A model generated the notes under the pieces. That model was given only the letters and a program-made list of their open reading frames with translations. It made no database searches and was not told the origin of the DNA. From Candidatus Aerophobota bacterium (lineage in GTDB: Bacteria > Aerophobota > Aerophobia > Aerophobales > JAGGXI01), in the NCBI GenBank assembly GCA_021163155.1, contig JAGGXI010000061.1:18768-82767 (forward strand): 64,000 nucleotides of DNA, read 5' to 3'. The translations under genes were made by a program, and so were the position numbers. Shown in pieces: positions 11,881-22,505 of this stretch (position 1 is the stretch's first letter; the number at the start of each line of letters is the position of its first letter).

Positions 11881-14457
11881 ATGGTTGGGAAAATTTTGGG
11901 TAAAATTTTTGGCACAGAGCAAGAGAGAAATATAAAGAGGCTTATGCCTCTAATTAATAGAATTAATAGTTGGGAGAAAAAAATTGTTTTGCTTTCGGAT
12001 AGAGCTTTGCGAGATAAAACAGATGAGTTTAGAGGAAGGTTAAATGGGGGTGAAAGTCTAGATGACATTCTTCCTGAGGCTTTTGCTGTTACTCGTGAAG
12101 CAGCAAAAAGAACTATAGGTCTTCGTCCTCATGATGTCCAGTTAATAGGAGGAATAGTTCTTCACCAGGGAAAGATAGCAGAAATGGCTAATGGAGAAGG
12201 TAAAACTCTTGTAGCTACTTTACCTGCTTACCTTAATGCATTAACTGGAAAAGGAGTGCATATAGTTACAATAAATGATTATTTAGCTCGAAGAGATAGG
12301 GATTGGATGGGTCCTGTTTATGAATTTTTGGGATTGTCGGTAGGGGTTATCCAGAATCGAATGGATAATGCAAAAAGACAGAAAGCTTACCAATGTGATA
12401 TTACTTACGGCACTAATAATGAATTTGGTTTTGATTATCTTCGGGATAATATGGCTTTTCGGGCAGAGGACCAGGTTCAAAGAATATTTACTTTTCTCTC
12501 AGAGGATAAAGAAAAACAGGAAAAATTTTTTAATTATGCTATAGTGGATGAGGTCGATAGTATTCTTATTGATGAAGCAAGAACACCTCTTATTATTTCC
12601 GGTCCTGCAGAAAAATCTACCGACCTTTATTATAAAATTGATAGAATAGTTCCTTTTTTAAGGAGAGGTGAGGAGAAAAAGGACGGGAAGGAAAAAGATT
12701 ATGATTACGAAATAGATAGAAAAAACCAAACGGTAGCCCTTACAGAAAAAGGAGTTACCAAGGTACAAAAGTTATTGAATGTGGATAATCTTTATCAAGA
12801 TAATGCAGATATGGCTACTCATATTCATCAGGCAATTCGTGCTCATGAACTCTTTGAAAGAGATAAAGATTATTTAGTTAAAGATGGAGAAGTTGTGATT
12901 ATAGATGAATTTACAGGGAGATTAATGCCAGGAAGACGCTGGAGTGATGGGTTACATCAAGCAATAGAAGCAAAAGAAAAAGTTCGCATAAGAAATGAGA
13001 ATCAAACTTTAGCTACTATTACTCTTCAAAATTATTTTAGGATGTATAATAAATTATCAGGGATGACGGGAACAGCAATTACGGAAGCCGCAGAATTAAA
13101 AGATATCTATAATTTAGATGTAGTAATAATTCCCACCAATAAACCTGTGAAGCGAAAGGACTTTTCTGATAAAATTTATCAGAAAGAAAAAGCAAAATTT
13201 GAGGCTGTTATTAAGAATGTAGAGGAACTTTACAAAAAAGGAAGACCTGTTTTGGTGGGGACAAGGTCAGTTGAAAAATCCGAGGCTTTAAGTAAAATGT
13301 TACGAGAAAAGGGGATTCCCCATACTGTACTCAATGCTAAGTATCATGAAAAGGAGGCTCAAATTGTAGCTGAAGCAGGGCAGAAACGGGCAGTCACCAT
13401 AGCTACTAATATGGCAGGGAGAGGAACGGATATTAAATTAGGAGAGGGCGTGGAGAAACTTGGTGGACTGTTTGTGATAGGAACGGAACGTCATGAATCG
13501 CGGAGAATTGATAATCAGCTTCGAGGAAGAGCGGGTCGGCAAGGAGCCCCTGGCGAAAGTCAATTCTATGTTTCCTTAGAAGATGAATTGATGAAATTGT
13601 TTGGTTCGGAGAGAATCGCTTCTATGATGAGTAGATTAAAAGTGCCTGATGACCAGCCTATTGAACATCCCTGGATAAACAAAGCTTTAGAGAGGGCCCA
13701 GGAAAAGGTTGAAAGAAGAAACTTTGATATAAGAAAACAACTATTGGAGTACGATGATGTAATGAATAAGCAAAGGGAGGTAATTTATAGAGAAAGAAGA
13801 AAAGTTCTTGAAGGAAAAAATTTAAAGAACGATATTATAGGGATGATAGAAAATACTGTGGATGCGTTAGTGAATTTATATACCGAAGAAAAAATTAGAC
13901 CCGAAGAATGGGATATTAAAGGTTTAATCAAAAGGGTAAATCAGCTTTTCTCTCTTTCCTTGCATTACTATTTTCTAAAAGAAGTTTATGATAAAGAAGA
14001 CATTAAAAAAAGAATAATGGATGAAGTAAGCAAATCTTATAATGAAAGAGAGGTAAAATTAGGTGAAGAGTTAATGCGAGGGTTGGAAAGAATGGTTCTC
14101 TTGCATATTATAGATTCTCAATGGAAGGACCATTTGTATAATATGGATAGTTTAAAAGAGGGAATCGGAATGCGAGGATATGGACAAAGAGACCCTCTTA
14201 TCGAATACAAAAGAGAAGCTTATGAAATGTTTGAGGATTTGATCCAACGCATTAAAGAGGAAGTAGCTGAATTTATATTCAAGGTAGAAGTTTTTAGAGA
14301 ACCTTCTTCAGAAAAAGTTTTAGTAGATAATTCACAACCAGTCTCAGTTAATGTTAGTCATAATAAAAGTGGAAAAAGAAAGATAAAAGTTGGGAGAAAT
14401 GACCTTTGTCCCTGTGGAAGTGGGAAAAAATACAAATACTGTTGTGGAAGAAAATAA
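11881..14457 (+). CDS. secA: preprotein translocase ATPase SecA
   Basis: 858 aa. DEAD motor motifs ([33 protein letters not shown]), C-terminal zinc finger [14 protein letters not shown]. Confidence 0.95.
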   Translation: MVGKILGKIFGTEQERNIKRLMPLINRINSWEKKIVLLSDRALRDKTDEFRGRLNGGESLDDILPEAFAVTREAAKRTIGLRPHDVQLIGGIVLHQGKIAEMANGEGKTLVATLPAYLNALTGKGVHIVTINDYLARRDRDWMGPVYEFLGLSVGVIQNRMDNAKRQKAYQCDITYGTNNEFGFDYLRDNMAFRAEDQVQRIFTFLSEDKEKQEKFFNYAIVDEVDSILIDEARTPLIISGPAEKSTDLYYKIDRIVPFLRRGEEKKDGKEKDYDYEIDRKNQTVALTEKGVTKVQKLLNVDNLYQDNADMATHIHQAIRAHELFERDKDYLVKDGEVVIIDEFTGRLMPGRRWSDGLHQAIEAKEKVRIRNENQTLATITLQNYFRMYNKLSGMTGTAITEAAELKDIYNLDVVIIPTNKPVKRKDFSDKIYQKEKAKFEAVIKNVEELYKKGRPVLVGTRSVEKSEALSKMLREKGIPHTVLNAKYHEKEAQIVAEAGQKRAVTIATNMAGRGTDIKLGEGVEKLGGLFVIGTERHESRRIDNQLRGRAGRQGAPGESQFYVSLEDELMKLFGSERIASMMSRLKVPDDQPIEHPWINKALERAQEKVERRNFDIRKQLLEYDDVMNKQREVIYRERRKVLEGKNLKNDIIGMIENTVDALVNLYTEEKIRPEEWDIKGLIKRVNQLFSLSLHYYFLKEVYDKEDIKKRIMDEVSKSYNEREVKLGEELMRGLERMVLLHIIDSQWKDHLYNMDSLKEGIGMRGYGQRDPLIEYKREAYEMFEDLIQRIKEEVAEFIFKVEVFREPSSEKVLVDNSQPVSVNVSHNKSGKRKIKVGRNDLCPCGSGKKYKYCCGRK

Positions 14458-14473
14458 AAAGGAGGGGAGAAGA

Positions 14474-16150
14474 TTGGAGAGAAACGGCGGCCAAGTGATA
14501 GTGGAAGCTTTGCAGAAAGAAGGAGTTGAAGTTATATTTGGGTATCCGGGAGGAGCAGTTATTCCTCTTTATGATGTTCTTTATGATGCAAAAGAGATTA
14601 AACATATTTTAACTCGTCATGAACAAGCAGCTGCTCATGCGGCAGATGGATATGCCAGAGCTACGGGTAAGATTGGTGTATGTGTAGCTACTTCGGGGCC
14701 GGGAGCAACAAATCTTGTTACAGGAATTGCCACTGCCTATATGGATTCTATACCTATGGTTGCTTTTACAGGTCAAGTTCCTACTTCTATGATTGGAAAC
14801 GACGCTTTTCAGGAAGCTAATATAACAGGAATAACTTATTCTGTAACCAAGCATAATTATCTGGTAAAGAAGATAGATGAATTGCCCTATATTTTAAAAG
14901 AGGCCTTTTATATAGCAACTACAGGAAGAAAAGGTCCTGTTCTTATAGATCTTCCCAAAGATATATTGACCAGTAAAACTGATTTTTCTTATCCTGAGAA
15001 AGTAAAAATTAGGAGTTATAATCCTAATTATAAAGGCAATCTTAAACAGATTAAGAAGTCAGCGGAACTGATAGATATATCTGAGAAACCGGTTATTTAT
15101 GCTGGAGGGGGAGTGGTTAGTTCTAACGCTTCCAAAGAACTTATTCAATTTGCTCATCATACCAATATTCCTGTAACTACTACTCTTATGGGATTGGGAG
15201 TATTTCCCGAGGATGATTCTCTTTCTTTAAAGATGCTGGGAATGCATGGAACTAAATATGCTAATTATGCTATTAGTGAGTCAGACTTAATTATTGCTAT
15301 AGGTGCTAGATTTGATGACAGAATAACAGGTAATATTTCTGAATTTGCTCCTTATGCCAGGATAATTCATATAGATATTGACCCTACAGCTATAAGTAAG
15401 AACGTTAGAGTGGATATACCTATAGTGGGAGATGCTAAAGATGTTATTTCTCAGCTTATATCACTTACTCGCAAAGGAAAAGAAAGAAAAAACTGGCATA
15501 AAAGAATTAATGATTGGAAGAAGGATTATCCTTTAAAATATGAAAATAATGGAGAATTAAAACCGCAGTTTATAGTGGAGAAGATATATGAGTTAACTAA
15601 AGGAGAAGCTATTATTGCTACTGAAGTGGGACAGAATCAGATGTGGGCGGCTCAATTCTATAAGTATATCAAACCACGCACCTTTATATCATCAGGAGGT
15701 CTGGGAACAATGGGCTACGGATTTCCTGCTTCAATTGGAGCACAGATTGGCTGTCCTGAAAGAGTAGTTTTTGATATTGCCGGGGATGGGAGTTTTCAAA
15801 TGAATATTCAAGAATTAGCCACGGCAGTAAATTATAAGATTCCTGTTAAAATAGCTATTTTAAATAATGGGTATTTAGGAATGGTTCGACAATGGCAACA
15901 ACTATTTTATCATTCTCGCTATTCTCAAGTTAATTTAGGAAGCTGTCCTGATTTTGTAAAAATAGCGGAGGCTTACGGTGCTGTGGGAATAAGAATAGAT
16001 AAAACCGAGGAGGTTGAGCCATCTTTAAAAAAGGCTTTAGCTACTCAAGGTCCTGTAGTTATGGATTTTAGAATTCCTCCTGAGGAAAATGTTTATCCTA
16101 TGGTTCCTGCTGGTGCTGCTCTTACACAGATGATAGAAGGAATGGCTTAA
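14474..16150 (+). CDS. ilvB: acetolactate synthase large subunit (thiamine-diphosphate-dependent)
   Basis: ThDP-enzyme motifs ([28 protein letters not shown]). The track ORF overlaps secA by 68 nt. An in-frame TTG at 14474 preceded by AAGGAGGGGA is the more likely start. Confidence 0.85.
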   Translation: MERNGGQVIVEALQKEGVEVIFGYPGGAVIPLYDVLYDAKEIKHILTRHEQAAAHAADGYARATGKIGVCVATSGPGATNLVTGIATAYMDSIPMVAFTGQVPTSMIGNDAFQEANITGITYSVTKHNYLVKKIDELPYILKEAFYIATTGRKGPVLIDLPKDILTSKTDFSYPEKVKIRSYNPNYKGNLKQIKKSAELIDISEKPVIYAGGGVVSSNASKELIQFAHHTNIPVTTTLMGLGVFPEDDSLSLKMLGMHGTKYANYAISESDLIIAIGARFDDRITGNISEFAPYARIIHIDIDPTAISKNVRVDIPIVGDAKDVISQLISLTRKGKERKNWHKRINDWKKDYPLKYENNGELKPQFIVEKIYELTKGEAIIATEVGQNQMWAAQFYKYIKPRTFISSGGLGTMGYGFPASIGAQIGCPERVVFDIAGDGSFQMNIQELATAVNYKIPVKIAILNNGYLGMVRQWQQLFYHSRYSQVNLGSCPDFVKIAEAYGAVGIRIDKTEEVEPSLKKALATQGPVVMDFRIPPEENVYPMVPAGAALTQMIEGMA

Positions 16151-16382
16151 GATCAGTGAATAGTGAATAGTAAGAAGAGGCTAAACCCAAGGTTTTTCTA
16201 TTCACCATTTACTATTCACTAAGAAACAGCCTCAATGCACAGGCTACCTGGTAGAGATAGCCGCAACCTTTAGGTTGCGAGGGTGTAGGGAAGGCCAATA
16301 AACCTTTTCCATTCTTCCCTTGAGGGGAGGGTGAAGGTAACTTAACCCCCAATATTATTGTTAAGAAATAGGGAGAGTAGGA

Positions 16383-17210
16383 ATGCCCGAATTACCCGAA
16401 GTAGAAACTATAAAAAAAGATTTAAAAGAAAAGGTTGAAGGTAAAAAAGTAGAGAAGGTAGTGATTGCAAATGATAAATGTATAAAGATGCCTACCCCCA
16501 GGGAATTTATGTTAGGAATAGAGGGAAGGTTTTTCCAGCAAATTAAACGAAGAGGTAAATATTTAATCTTTGAGTTAGATTCAGGTGATAATCTTGTTAT
16601 TCATTTGAAATTAACAGGAAGGTTAATTTATTCTTTAAAAGAAAAAAAATTAGATTATAGCAAAATAATCTTTATTTTCTGTGACTCTACTCAATTAACT
16701 TTTACTGATATACGGGGTTTCGGAAACGCTTGGTTACTTTATGATAAAGAGTTTCAAAAAATATCTTCTTTAAATAATTTAGGCCCTGAACCTTTAGAAG
16801 AGGAATTTACCGTCGATAAGTTTAAAGAGCTTCTTAAAGGAAAGAAAAGTGATATTAAAAGTCTTTTAATGAATCAGAAATTTATTGCGGGAATCGGCAA
16901 TGTTTATTCCCAAGAATCACTTTTCCTATCGGGAATTCATCCAAAGAGGAAAGCTTTAAGCTTGCGGGATGAAGAAGTGAGCAAGTTATACAATAATCTT
17001 AGGAGTATTCTTAGCGAAGCTATCTCTTATCGTGGTGCTTCAGTAGATACTTATGTAGACTTACAGGGAGAAAAAGGGAAGTATAAGCCTCATCTTAAAG
17101 TTTATGGAAGGGAAGGGAAAAATTGCCTTAAATGTGGAACAACTATTCAAAAAATAAATATTAAGGGAAGAGGAACATATTTTTGCCCTTATTGTCAAAG
17201 CAATGAGTGA
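16383..17210 (+). CDS. mutM: formamidopyrimidine-DNA glycosylase
   Basis: Starts MPELPEVET (catalytic Pro2, Glu3). C-terminal zinc finger CLKCGTTIQKINIKGRGTYFCPYCQ. Confidence 0.88.
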   Translation: MPELPEVETIKKDLKEKVEGKKVEKVVIANDKCIKMPTPREFMLGIEGRFFQQIKRRGKYLIFELDSGDNLVIHLKLTGRLIYSLKEKKLDYSKIIFIFCDSTQLTFTDIRGFGNAWLLYDKEFQKISSLNNLGPEPLEEEFTVDKFKELLKGKKSDIKSLLMNQKFIAGIGNVYSQESLFLSGIHPKRKALSLRDEEVSKLYNNLRSILSEAISYRGASVDTYVDLQGEKGKYKPHLKVYGREGKNCLKCGTTIQKINIKGRGTYFCPYCQSNE

Positions 17211-17391
17211 ATGGGTGAATGAGTGCTAATGCATAAAGATAATAAAAAAGACTGTTTTTCTCAGGACCCTCAAAGATAGATGAAGGAGCTGCAAGAAAAG
17301 TACCAAAGAGTTTTACCCGTCAACTCATCTACCCATTATCTCATTTACTTGTATTTTTTTACTTAATACTGTATAAAATAAGGAGGTTTTA

Positions 17392-18936
17392 ATGTTTAAA
17401 AATTTAAAAAAATTTAAATTTTTTATTGTTACGGGAATGGTTATTTTAGGATTGGGGGTAGTTAGTTTATTCTATTTTAATTATCCTTCTAAAGCATCCG
17501 ATGTTATGAAATTGAAGAGTCCTCTTTATCAAGAGAGCATAGAACCTCATCCCATTACTCCGGATAGCCTGGAAGGAAAAATTGTTGAAGTTGTCAAGAA
17601 AGTAAGTCCAGCAGTGGTAAGTATAAGCACGGAGAGGACAGTAACAACGGGAGGAGGTTTTTTACCTTATGGAGGAGAAGAACCTTTTGATGAATTTTTC
17701 AAGCGGTTTTTTGAGCAGTTTCCTCAGAGAAGTTTTAAGCAGAGAGGATTAGGCTCAGGGATGATTATCAGTAAAGATGGATATATCTTAACTAATGCCC
17801 ATGTTATTTATAAGGTTGATAGAGATAAGATTATGGTTACTCTTCCCGATGGTCGAAGTTTAAAGGCTAAAGTTGTAGGTACAAGCGAAGAGATGGATAT
17901 ATCTGTCCTTAAAATTAAAGGGGACGATCTTCCTGTGGTAACTCTGGGTAATTCCGATAATTTAAATATAGGAGAATGGGCTATCGCCATTGGTAATCCT
18001 TTTGGTTTTTCTTTGTCTCAATTGAATAAGAAGTATGAGCCGACAGTGACTTTAGGAATAATTAGTGCTACAGAGAGAGCTATTCAAGCAGGAGGAGTGG
18101 AAGGAGGAGAGACAAGAGTTTATACAGGTTTAATTCAAACCGATGCTGCTATAAATCCAGGCAATAGTGGGGGGCCTTTAATAAATATTTATGGTGAGGT
18201 TATTGGGATTAATACAGCAATTCTATCTCCCTCTCAGGGTTCTATTGGGATTGGTTTTGCCATTCCTATTAATAAAGCTAAGACGCTTTTACAGAGTCTG
18301 AAAAAATATGGAGAAATGAGACAAGCTTGGGTGGGCATATGGATGCAAGAGCTTACTCCTGAACTATCTCAAAAATTTGGGGTAGAAAAGGGGGTTTTAA
18401 TAAGTGGAATAGCAGAAGGAAGTCCTGCTGAAAAGGCAGGAATTCAGCCGGGGGATATTGTTCAGGAAATAAATGGTAAATTTGTTAATTCTCCTTTGGA
18501 GCTGAGGGAAGAGATAATAAAAAGAGAGGTTGGTGAGAAGATAAACATAACTCTTATTAGAAAGAAGAAAAAGATTGTTCTTTCTCTAACTATTGGTCAA
18601 AAACCTAAAAAGATTTCTGAAGTACAATTAATGGAGAATAAAGAAGAGAAACTTTTGGGAATAAAAGTTGCCTCCATCACTTCTCAATTAAGGGAAAAAT
18701 ATAATATAGGAGAGGATGAAGAAGGAGTGGTAATTACAGAGGTAAAAAGTGGAAGTCCAGCAAGGAATGCAGGACTTACATCAGGAGATGTAATAAGAGG
18801 AGTTAATAAGAAATTAGTTAAGAACTTAAATGACTTTAGGGACGCTATCCAGGATGTTAAATCTGGTGATATGGTCTCTCTGAAAGTAAAGCATGGAATA
18901 TGGAGTATGACTATTATTCTCCAGACTCAAGAATAA
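17392..18936 (+). CDS. htrA: periplasmic serine endoprotease DegP/HtrA with two PDZ domains
   Basis: 514 aa. TM/signal segment, trypsin-like core (TNAHVI, DISVLKI, GNSGGPLIN), two C-terminal PDZ domains. Confidence 0.88.
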   Translation: MFKNLKKFKFFIVTGMVILGLGVVSLFYFNYPSKASDVMKLKSPLYQESIEPHPITPDSLEGKIVEVVKKVSPAVVSISTERTVTTGGGFLPYGGEEPFDEFFKRFFEQFPQRSFKQRGLGSGMIISKDGYILTNAHVIYKVDRDKIMVTLPDGRSLKAKVVGTSEEMDISVLKIKGDDLPVVTLGNSDNLNIGEWAIAIGNPFGFSLSQLNKKYEPTVTLGIISATERAIQAGGVEGGETRVYTGLIQTDAAINPGNSGGPLINIYGEVIGINTAILSPSQGSIGIGFAIPINKAKTLLQSLKKYGEMRQAWVGIWMQELTPELSQKFGVEKGVLISGIAEGSPAEKAGIQPGDIVQEINGKFVNSPLELREEIIKREVGEKINITLIRKKKKIVLSLTIGQKPKKISEVQLMENKEEKLLGIKVASITSQLREKYNIGEDEEGVVITEVKSGSPARNAGLTSGDVIRGVNKKLVKNLNDFRDAIQDVKSGDMVSLKVKHGIWSMTIILQTQE

Positions 18937-18948
18937 GATTGGGAAGAG

Positions 18949-20625
18949 ATGGATAATTCTATAAAAAAGTTAATAAAAGATTCATTATGGAAAGGCTGCG
19001 AGAAACTTGAAAGAGTAGGAATTTCTCTATCATCTCTTCCCCCTATTTTTATTAGTCAGCCAAAAAGAAGAGAATGGGGGGATCTTTCTACAAATCTTCC
19101 CTTTTTATTACAGAAAAAAAGTGGGGAAGATATCTCTAAGATAGGGAATCTGTTAGTCTCCCAACTTGAAAGCGAGGGTTTTCTTTCTCGAGTGAAGTTT
19201 GTTTCTCCCGGTTTTATAAATTTTTTTATTGCTCCTTCTTACTTAAATCAAACTATTAAGAAGATAATTGTCCAAAAAGAAAAATTTACTCAGTTTTCTT
19301 TTGGAGACAAAAAAAGGGTGCAGGTGGAGTTTGTTTCGGCTAACCCTACAGGCCCTCTTCATGTTGGCCATGGGAGAGCGGCGGCTTTAGGAGATAGTTT
19401 AGCCAATATTCTCTCTAAAGTTGGTTATGAAGTAAAAAGGGAGTATTACATTAATGATGCGGGAGGTCAAATAAAAAGATTAGCACTCTCAGTCTGGGTC
19501 CGTCTGCAGGAAATAGAAGGGATTCATGTTCCTCTTCCTGATGATGGATATAAAGGACTTTACTTAATAGATATAGCTAAAGAAGCAAAGGATACTTTAG
19601 GAGAAAAGCTCAGGCAGGAAAAGAACGAGCAAAAATTAATTAATCTATTAGGTAAGTTTACTGTAGAATATATATTAAAGGAAATTAAAAGGGATTTAGA
19701 TGAATTTGGGGTTAGGTTTGATAGATGGTTTAGAGAATCGAGTTTATATAGGAATGATGAAATCCCCCAGGTTGTCTCCTTTATTAAAGATAAAGGTTAT
19801 ATATATGAGAAAGACGGTGCCCTATGGTTCAAAACCTCTTCATTTTTTAAAAATGAGGAAGATAGAGTTCTTAAACGTAAAAATGGAGAATATACTTATT
19901 TTGCCAGTGATGCTGCTTATCATCAAAACAAATTCTCTCGTGGACTTCATCAGGTTATCGATATTTGGGGTGCTGACCATATAGGATATGTTCCTCGTAT
20001 GAAGGCGGTAGTCCAGGCATTAGGTTATCCTAAAGACTCTTTACGCGTGATTATTTATCAATTTGTGAATTTAAAAAGAGGAGAAAAGAGTATCTCTGCT
20101 TCTACAAGGGAAGGAGAATTTATCTCCTTAAGAGATGTTATAAAAGAAGTAGGTAGTGATGTTGCTCGTTTCTTTTTTCTTTCCCGTACAGGAGATTCTC
20201 ATCTTGAATTTGATTTAGATTTAGCTAAGAAACAAAGCCCTGAAAATCCTGTATTTTATGTTCAGTATGCTTATGCGCGTATATGTAGTATTTTAAGAAA
20301 AGCAACGTTGGAAGGAATAATTGTAGATAATCTTGAGGAAGTAAAACTTGATTTATTGATAACTCCTGAAGAAAGAGAGCTTATGAAGGAATTGGCCCTT
20401 TTACCTGACCAGATAAAGGAGGCAGCACAGAGTCTTGAACCTCATCGTCTTACTGTCTGTCTACAAGAAATAGCCTCTTCATTTCATCAATTTTATACTC
20501 GTCATAGAGTTATAAGTGAAGATAAAGATTTAACTTTCGCTCGCCTCATTTTAATAAAAGCTGTCAAAATTGTTATTAAGGATACCCTTGGCTTGTTGGG
20601 TATCTCTGCCCCAGAAAGGATGTAA
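18949..20625 (+). CDS. argS: arginine--tRNA ligase
   Basis: 558 aa. HIGH-type motif (SANPTGPLHVGHGR), DALR anticodon-binding C-terminus. Confidence 0.92.
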   Translation: MDNSIKKLIKDSLWKGCEKLERVGISLSSLPPIFISQPKRREWGDLSTNLPFLLQKKSGEDISKIGNLLVSQLESEGFLSRVKFVSPGFINFFIAPSYLNQTIKKIIVQKEKFTQFSFGDKKRVQVEFVSANPTGPLHVGHGRAAALGDSLANILSKVGYEVKREYYINDAGGQIKRLALSVWVRLQEIEGIHVPLPDDGYKGLYLIDIAKEAKDTLGEKLRQEKNEQKLINLLGKFTVEYILKEIKRDLDEFGVRFDRWFRESSLYRNDEIPQVVSFIKDKGYIYEKDGALWFKTSSFFKNEEDRVLKRKNGEYTYFASDAAYHQNKFSRGLHQVIDIWGADHIGYVPRMKAVVQALGYPKDSLRVIIYQFVNLKRGEKSISASTREGEFISLRDVIKEVGSDVARFFFLSRTGDSHLEFDLDLAKKQSPENPVFYVQYAYARICSILRKATLEGIIVDNLEEVKLDLLITPEERELMKELALLPDQIKEAAQSLEPHRLTVCLQEIASSFHQFYTRHRVISEDKDLTFARLILIKAVKIVIKDTLGLLGISAPERM

Positions 20626-20640
20626 ATGACAGGTATCTCA

Positions 20641-20852
20641 TAGTTTAGTTCGGTAGCCGCAGGCTTTAGCCTGCGCTTTATCGCAACTTAAAAGTTGCGG
20701 CTACCATATCTATTTTCTTTAATCCTGTTTTTTGTTTTCGGTTTTCCCCTTTTTCTTTTCCCTCTAATCCTGTCTTTACGCAGGCTAAAGCCTGCGGCTA
20801 CCGGTATCTCTTTCCCTTTAATCCTCTAATCCTTTAATCCTCTAATCCTGCT
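20641..20852 (-). repeat. REPIN-like doublet (GGTAGCCGCAGGCTTTAGCCTGCG...GCAACTTAAAAGTTGCGGCTACC), then a minus-oriented REP core and CTAATCC arrays
   Basis: Inverted GGTAGCCGC/GCGGCTACC arms enclose two stem-loops (20648-20705). A minus-oriented core lies at 20775-20806 with arrays up to the mgtE stop. Confidence 0.85.
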
Positions 20853-20855
20853 TTT

Positions 20856-22223
20856 TTAGCTTCCCAAAAGATGAATGGCTATTTCAAAGTAAGCTATTAA
20901 AGAAATTATATCTACGATAGATGTAATTAAAGGACCGGAAATAAGAGCAGGGTCAACTCCTATACGTTTAAAGAAAAGGGGTAGAGTAGACCCCAAGCAG
21001 GTAGCGATAATTACTGTAATAATCATAGTTAAACTTACAGTAAGTGATACAAAGGGATTTCCCTGTAAAAGCACAGCTCTAAAGAGGGTTACTATACCTA
21101 AAGCTACGGCTACCATTATACCAACAATAAATTCTTTTCTAAGTACCTTCCATATATCTTTTAATTTAACTTCCCCTGTAGCCAGGCTTCTTACCATTAC
21201 TGTTGCTGCTTGAGTGCCTGCATTTCCTCCTGTATCCATAAGTAAGGGAATAAAGAAGGAAAGAGCAATCGCATTTCTTACAACGAAAGAATAATTTTTA
21301 AGGATAGTCCCTGAGAAAAAATCCATAATAACAAATATCAATAAATAAAGAACTCTATGTTTAGCGATAAAGGATGGCCTCATTGACATATAATTTTTTA
21401 TATGTTTTCCGGCTGCACTTACTTTGTACATATCTTCGGTATTCTCTTCCTTAATGACATCTATAATATCATCTACAGTAATAATTCCTTTCATTTCTCC
21501 ATTATCTACAACCGGCAAAGCTAATAAATCGTATCTAGCAATTTTCTTGGCTACCTGTTCCTGGTCCATATTTACCGGAATAGTGATAAATTTGGTGTGC
21601 ATAATTTCGTTTATTATTTTTTCAGGTTCTGCTAATACTAAATCCTTAAGAGATACTACTCCCACTAATTTATTGTTTTTGCTTAGTATATAAATGTAAT
21701 AAACCATCTCCAAATCTTTTGCTGTTTTTCGTAAATTATTTAATGCTTCTTTTGCAGTTATATTCTCTTTTACATAAGCAAAATCTGTAGTCATTCTCCC
21801 GCCAGCAGTATTTTTATCATACCTCATCAATTCTCTGGTCTCTCTGGCCTCCTCTTTTTTCATAACGTTGAGGAAGCGAGCTACCATTTCTTCGGGTAGC
21901 TCCTCAAAGAAGTCCACTCTTTCGTCAGGAGCAAGCTCGTCCAATATGTTTCTTTTCCGTGTTTCATCGATTGCTTCAATTAAAATGATTTGATCATCTT
22001 TGTCCATCTTTTCAAAGATATCGGCAGCAAGGTCTATATTACATAAAGAAAAAAGATAAACTTTCTCTTTTAAATCAAAGTTTTTCAGCATTTCTGCTAT
22101 TTCAATAGGTTCGTATTCTTGAAAAAGAGATTTTATCTCGTCTTTTTTATTTTCGGAAAGAAGCTTTTTTATCTCTGGTAATATTAAAGATATTCGGGAA
22201 AATTTATTTGCCATATTCTTCAC
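20856..22223 (-). CDS. mgtE: magnesium transporter MgtE (N-terminal MgtE_N, tandem CBS, C-terminal TM domain)
   Basis: 455 aa. Domain order and the conserved TM region (PLLMDTGGNAGTQAATVMVRSLATGE). Confidence 0.9.
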   Translation of the reverse strand: MKNMANKFSRISLILPEIKKLLSENKKDEIKSLFQEYEPIEIAEMLKNFDLKEKVYLFSLCNIDLAADIFEKMDKDDQIILIEAIDETRKRNILDELAPDERVDFFEELPEEMVARFLNVMKKEEARETRELMRYDKNTAGGRMTTDFAYVKENITAKEALNNLRKTAKDLEMVYYIYILSKNNKLVGVVSLKDLVLAEPEKIINEIMHTKFITIPVNMDQEQVAKKIARYDLLALPVVDNGEMKGIITVDDIIDVIKEENTEDMYKVSAAGKHIKNYMSMRPSFIAKHRVLYLLIFVIMDFFSGTILKNYSFVVRNAIALSFFIPLLMDTGGNAGTQAATVMVRSLATGEVKLKDIWKVLRKEFIVGIMVAVALGIVTLFRAVLLQGNPFVSLTVSLTMIITVIIATCLGSTLPLFFKRIGVDPALISGPLITSIVDIISLIAYFEIAIHLLGS

Positions 22224-22237
22224 CTCCCCTTTTATTT

Positions 22238-22275
22238 AAGCATTAATAAAAATGTGCCTTAACGGCACATTTTTT
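22238..22275 (-). promoter_or_regulatory. terminator-like stem-loop (ATGTGCC-TTAAC-GGCACAT) flanked by A- and T-runs in the mgtE leader; possible attenuator or riboswitch expression platform
   Basis: Perfect 7-bp stem about 35 nt upstream of the mgtE start codon, with a U-tract on the sense (minus) strand. A full M-box could not be recognised. Confidence 0.3.
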
Positions 22276-22402
22276 GGCTTAGCCAACTTAACAATAGCAA
22301 TTTAATTTTAACAAATTTTTATAAATAAAGCAAATTTTTGACTTATTTTTTGAATTTGATACGGTAAGAATAGAGATTTATAAAAAAAATGAGAAAAGAG
22401 GA

Positions 22403-22498
22403 AAAGCAGGATTAGAGGATTAAAGGATTAGAGGATTAGAGGGAAAGAGATACCGGTAGCCGCAGGCTTTAGCCTGCGTAAAAGCAAGATTAGAGGGA
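22403..22498 (+). repeat. REP-like core with GGATTAGA arrays in the suhB 5' leader, ending 8 nt before the ATG
   Basis: CAGGATTAGAGGATTAAAGGATTAGAGGATTAGAGGG-AAAGAGATACCGGTAGCCGCAGGCTTTAGCCTGCGTAAAAGCAAGATTAGAGGG. The terminal AGAGGGAAAAGAAAATG may act as the Shine-Dalgarno sequence. Confidence 0.85.
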
Positions 22499-22505
22499 AA
22501 AGAAA

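Noticed and set aside
14390-14473. ilvB start overlapping secA by 68 nt
   Set aside because: An in-frame TTG at 14474 with a strong AAGGAGGGGA RBS just after the secA stop is more plausible. The upstream part of the ORF is the secA zinc-finger coding region read in another frame.
16236-16340. SRP RNA, RNase P RNA or tmRNA in the ilvB-mutM spacer
   Set aside because: The conserved cores (SRP domain IV GGAAGCAGCC, RNase P AGGAAAGTCC, tmRNA CCA-tail context) are absent. The region instead contains a REP variant (GCCGCAACCTTTAGGTTGCG) and a GGGAAGG/CCTTCCC palindrome.
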